A program made the translations under genes and the position numbers. From Prevotellaceae bacterium (GTDB lineage Bacteria > Bacteroidota > Bacteroidia > Bacteroidales > Paludibacteraceae), in assembly GCA_020636695.1 (NCBI GenBank), contig JACJXJ010000004.1, positions 6,135 through 70,134 of the forward strand: a stretch of DNA of 64,000 bases. The letters are read 5' to 3'. The notes beneath the pieces are model-generated. The model had not been told where the DNA came from and searched no databases. It saw only the letters and a list, made by a program, of their open reading frames with translations. Shown here one piece after another: positions 62,277-64,000 of the stretch; the stretch's first letter is position 1, and each line of letters starts with the position of its first letter.

Positions 62277-64000
62277 TTAGAAAAATACCTTAATATATTT
62301 ATCACCCGACCTCACCAAATAAACTTGACCGTGAGGTAAAGTCATATATTGAGTAGTAGCATTAGGTTCAACCACAGTCCACAACTGACCTTGCGCATTG
62401 TAAATGTAAATCGGTTCTGAAGCTGTTATCACCAAACCATCGCCGTCGTACACCACTCCCTCTATGGCAGACGCAACATCCTTTAATGTTTCCACTTCAA
62501 TGCGATTGGAAAGTTCTGTGACATAATCTGGTTCATCTACATTGACTGAATTAGTGGCCGACACTTGATAGTAATAACTCGTTAACGACGTCAAATCAGA
62601 GGCATAATAAAATGTATCGCGTACACAAATAGTTGCCGATTGATAATCAAAATGATGATATGATTGTTGATGTGTTTCATTGATAGGCTCCAATTGCAAA
62701 TAATAAGCAGTTGCCCCTTTTACAGATTGCCAACGCGCAACAAACGAATTAGAGGTCACCTCTACAGGATTTAACGCCACGGGAACAGCTAACTCCACAG
62801 GTGAAGCGTAACCAATTAAATTAATATCGGTAGTATGCTCATAATTTGTAACATTCACATAATCGGAGTGTCCAAACTCATCAGATGGCACGGTTGGCAG
62901 ATAACGAATATCAACACGTTGTACGATGGCGGATTTACCGGCTTCTGGGGTAATAATTATTTTTTCGGTACTCCAATCGGTGTCCTTTGTACGCATCTGG
63001 AAATAATCGCCCATTTCAAAACTTAATTCTAAATTATCATCAACAGACGTACTCGCCACCACCACTGATTGAATTGGCGACGGAGTTAACTGCTCTGTTT
63101 CAAAAATAAGACGAGGCTCACTCACCGCCACATTCGAGATATCATCGTCATCATCTTCTAAAAACTTGAATATAATAACGCTATCTTGCTCAATAATAGT
63201 TGATAATTCATAATCGACACCAATAAAATTATCAAATTCATCAACTCGTTGAACTCCAGGAAATGGATCTCCCGCTAAATCAGTTGTAGCTTGATCGGCC
63301 TCAATAATATCAACGCCCATATCTGTAGCATAATTATTAACCGCATTATTATTCCAACGTGTAGCGTTATATTTAATGCGCGTAATCAATAGTCCATGTC
63401 CAGGCAGTGCTAAACTATCCCAGCCTATAGGCTGTCTATTTTCCAATAAGTAGAATTGTAACGGATTAGGATTTGTAGGTATTAAATTATGTCGAGCACT
63501 TGCCACCAAATAAGCTTCATTAGATACAATGAGAGGTTCTATCACAGTGAGTTGACTGCGAGAAAGTTGTTTAGGAGTGAGATAACCTAGATAAAAACGT
63601 TCGTAAGCTGAGTAACTTGGAGGTGTACGACCGTTGTTATTATAAGGACCGCGATCCATAATATCCCAATTACCAAGCGTGTAATGACTAGCACCGTTAG
63701 TCGTATACAAATCGGGTAATCCAAGTACATGGCTAAATTCGTGAACAAACGTTCCGATACCACACATCTGAGCGTCCGAATTTCCCCTTAATTCAGACGT
63801 ACAGGCATAATTATAAACCTTGACCCCATCTACAGACAATTTAGGAGCCAAATTCCAATGATGTGGCCAAATAGTACTTGTTCCACCACCTTCGGCTTCA
63901 TTATAACCAGCATAAATAACAAACACATTATCCACATTGCCATTGGCATCAGCATCATATTTTTTGAAATCAACATCGGCATTGGCAGCTTCGCAAGCAT
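62277..64000 (-). CDS. M6 (immune inhibitor A-like) zinc metalloprotease with T9SS C-terminal domain; 5' end beyond the right edge
   Basis: HEFSHVLGLPDLY zincin motif, an FN3-like region (SFVARWQSVKGATAYYLQL) and a T9SS-type tail (YIYNAQGQLW...VYLVRSGDKYIKVFF). The frame stays open to position 64000. Confidence 0.8.
   Translation of the reverse strand, partial: ACEAANADVDFKKYDADANGNVDNVFVIYAGYNEAEGGGTSTIWPHHWNLAPKLSVDGVKVYNYACTSELRGNSDAQMCGIGTFVHEFSHVLGLPDLYTTNGASHYTLGNWDIMDRGPYNNNGRTPPSYSAYERFYLGYLTPKQLSRSQLTVIEPLIVSNEAYLVASARHNLIPTNPNPLQFYLLENRQPIGWDSLALPGHGLLITRIKYNATRWNNNAVNNYATDMGVDIIEADQATTDLAGDPFPGVQRVDEFDNFIGVDYELSTIIEQDSVIIFKFLEDDDDDISNVAVSEPRLIFETEQLTPSPIQSVVVASTSVDDNLELSFEMGDYFQMRTKDTDWSTEKIIITPEAGKSAIVQRVDIRYLPTVPSDEFGHSDYVNVTNYEHTTDINLIGYASPVELAVPVALNPVEVTSNSFVARWQSVKGATAYYLQLEPINETHQQSYHHFDYQSATICVRDTFYYASDLTSLTSYYYQVSATNSVNVDEPDYVTELSNRIEVETLKDVASAIEGVVYDGDGLVITASEPIYIYNAQGQLWTVVEPNATTQYMTLPHGQVYLVRSGDKYIKVFF

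Overview
This window looks like a gene-dense chromosomal segment from a Bacteroidota (Bacteroidales-like) genome. The assignment rests on TAnnTTTG -7 promoter boxes in front of most transcription units, two proteins with T9SS C-terminal sorting domains, a GldA-type ABC ATPase and several Bacteroidota-typical DUF families. I call about 60 protein genes. They include bcp, smpB, the full mreB-mreC-mreD-mrdA-rodA rod-shape cluster, ruvB, a pheA-aminotransferase-DAHP synthase/chorismate mutase-tyrA operon, zupT, rubrerythrin, uvrA, nadA, nadB, kdsD, kdsA, gyrB and htpG. There are also three tRNAs (Thr-CGU, Gln-UUG, Cys-GCA) and many hairpin plus T-tract terminators. I found no rRNA, CRISPR array, transposase, integrase or recognisable defence island. 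Four observations stand out. (1) A 21-codon Phe/Tyr-rich leader peptide with a clean terminator/antiterminator switch sits directly upstream of pheA, and it appears to share its only recognisable promoter with tRNA-Gln. (2) A promoter-to-terminator unit of about 75 nt, a candidate small RNA, is duplicated 444 bp apart in an otherwise ORF-poor 650-bp gap. (3) By hand count there are 30 or more reading-frame disruptions, in patches between about 31.9 and 57.4 kb. They hit essential genes (gyrB, kdsA, a lolD-like gene), and most are one-base length changes in short homopolymers. I read this as unpolished sequence rather than real gene decay, but it needs read-level checking. (4) There is a small secreted protein built from six YxYQAD-KVY repeats, a GH16-fold protein with an ablated catalytic motif, and a 1.1-kb AT-rich gap holding a badly broken small secreted-protein gene. 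All functional calls come from reading motifs in the translations by eye; no database search was possible.
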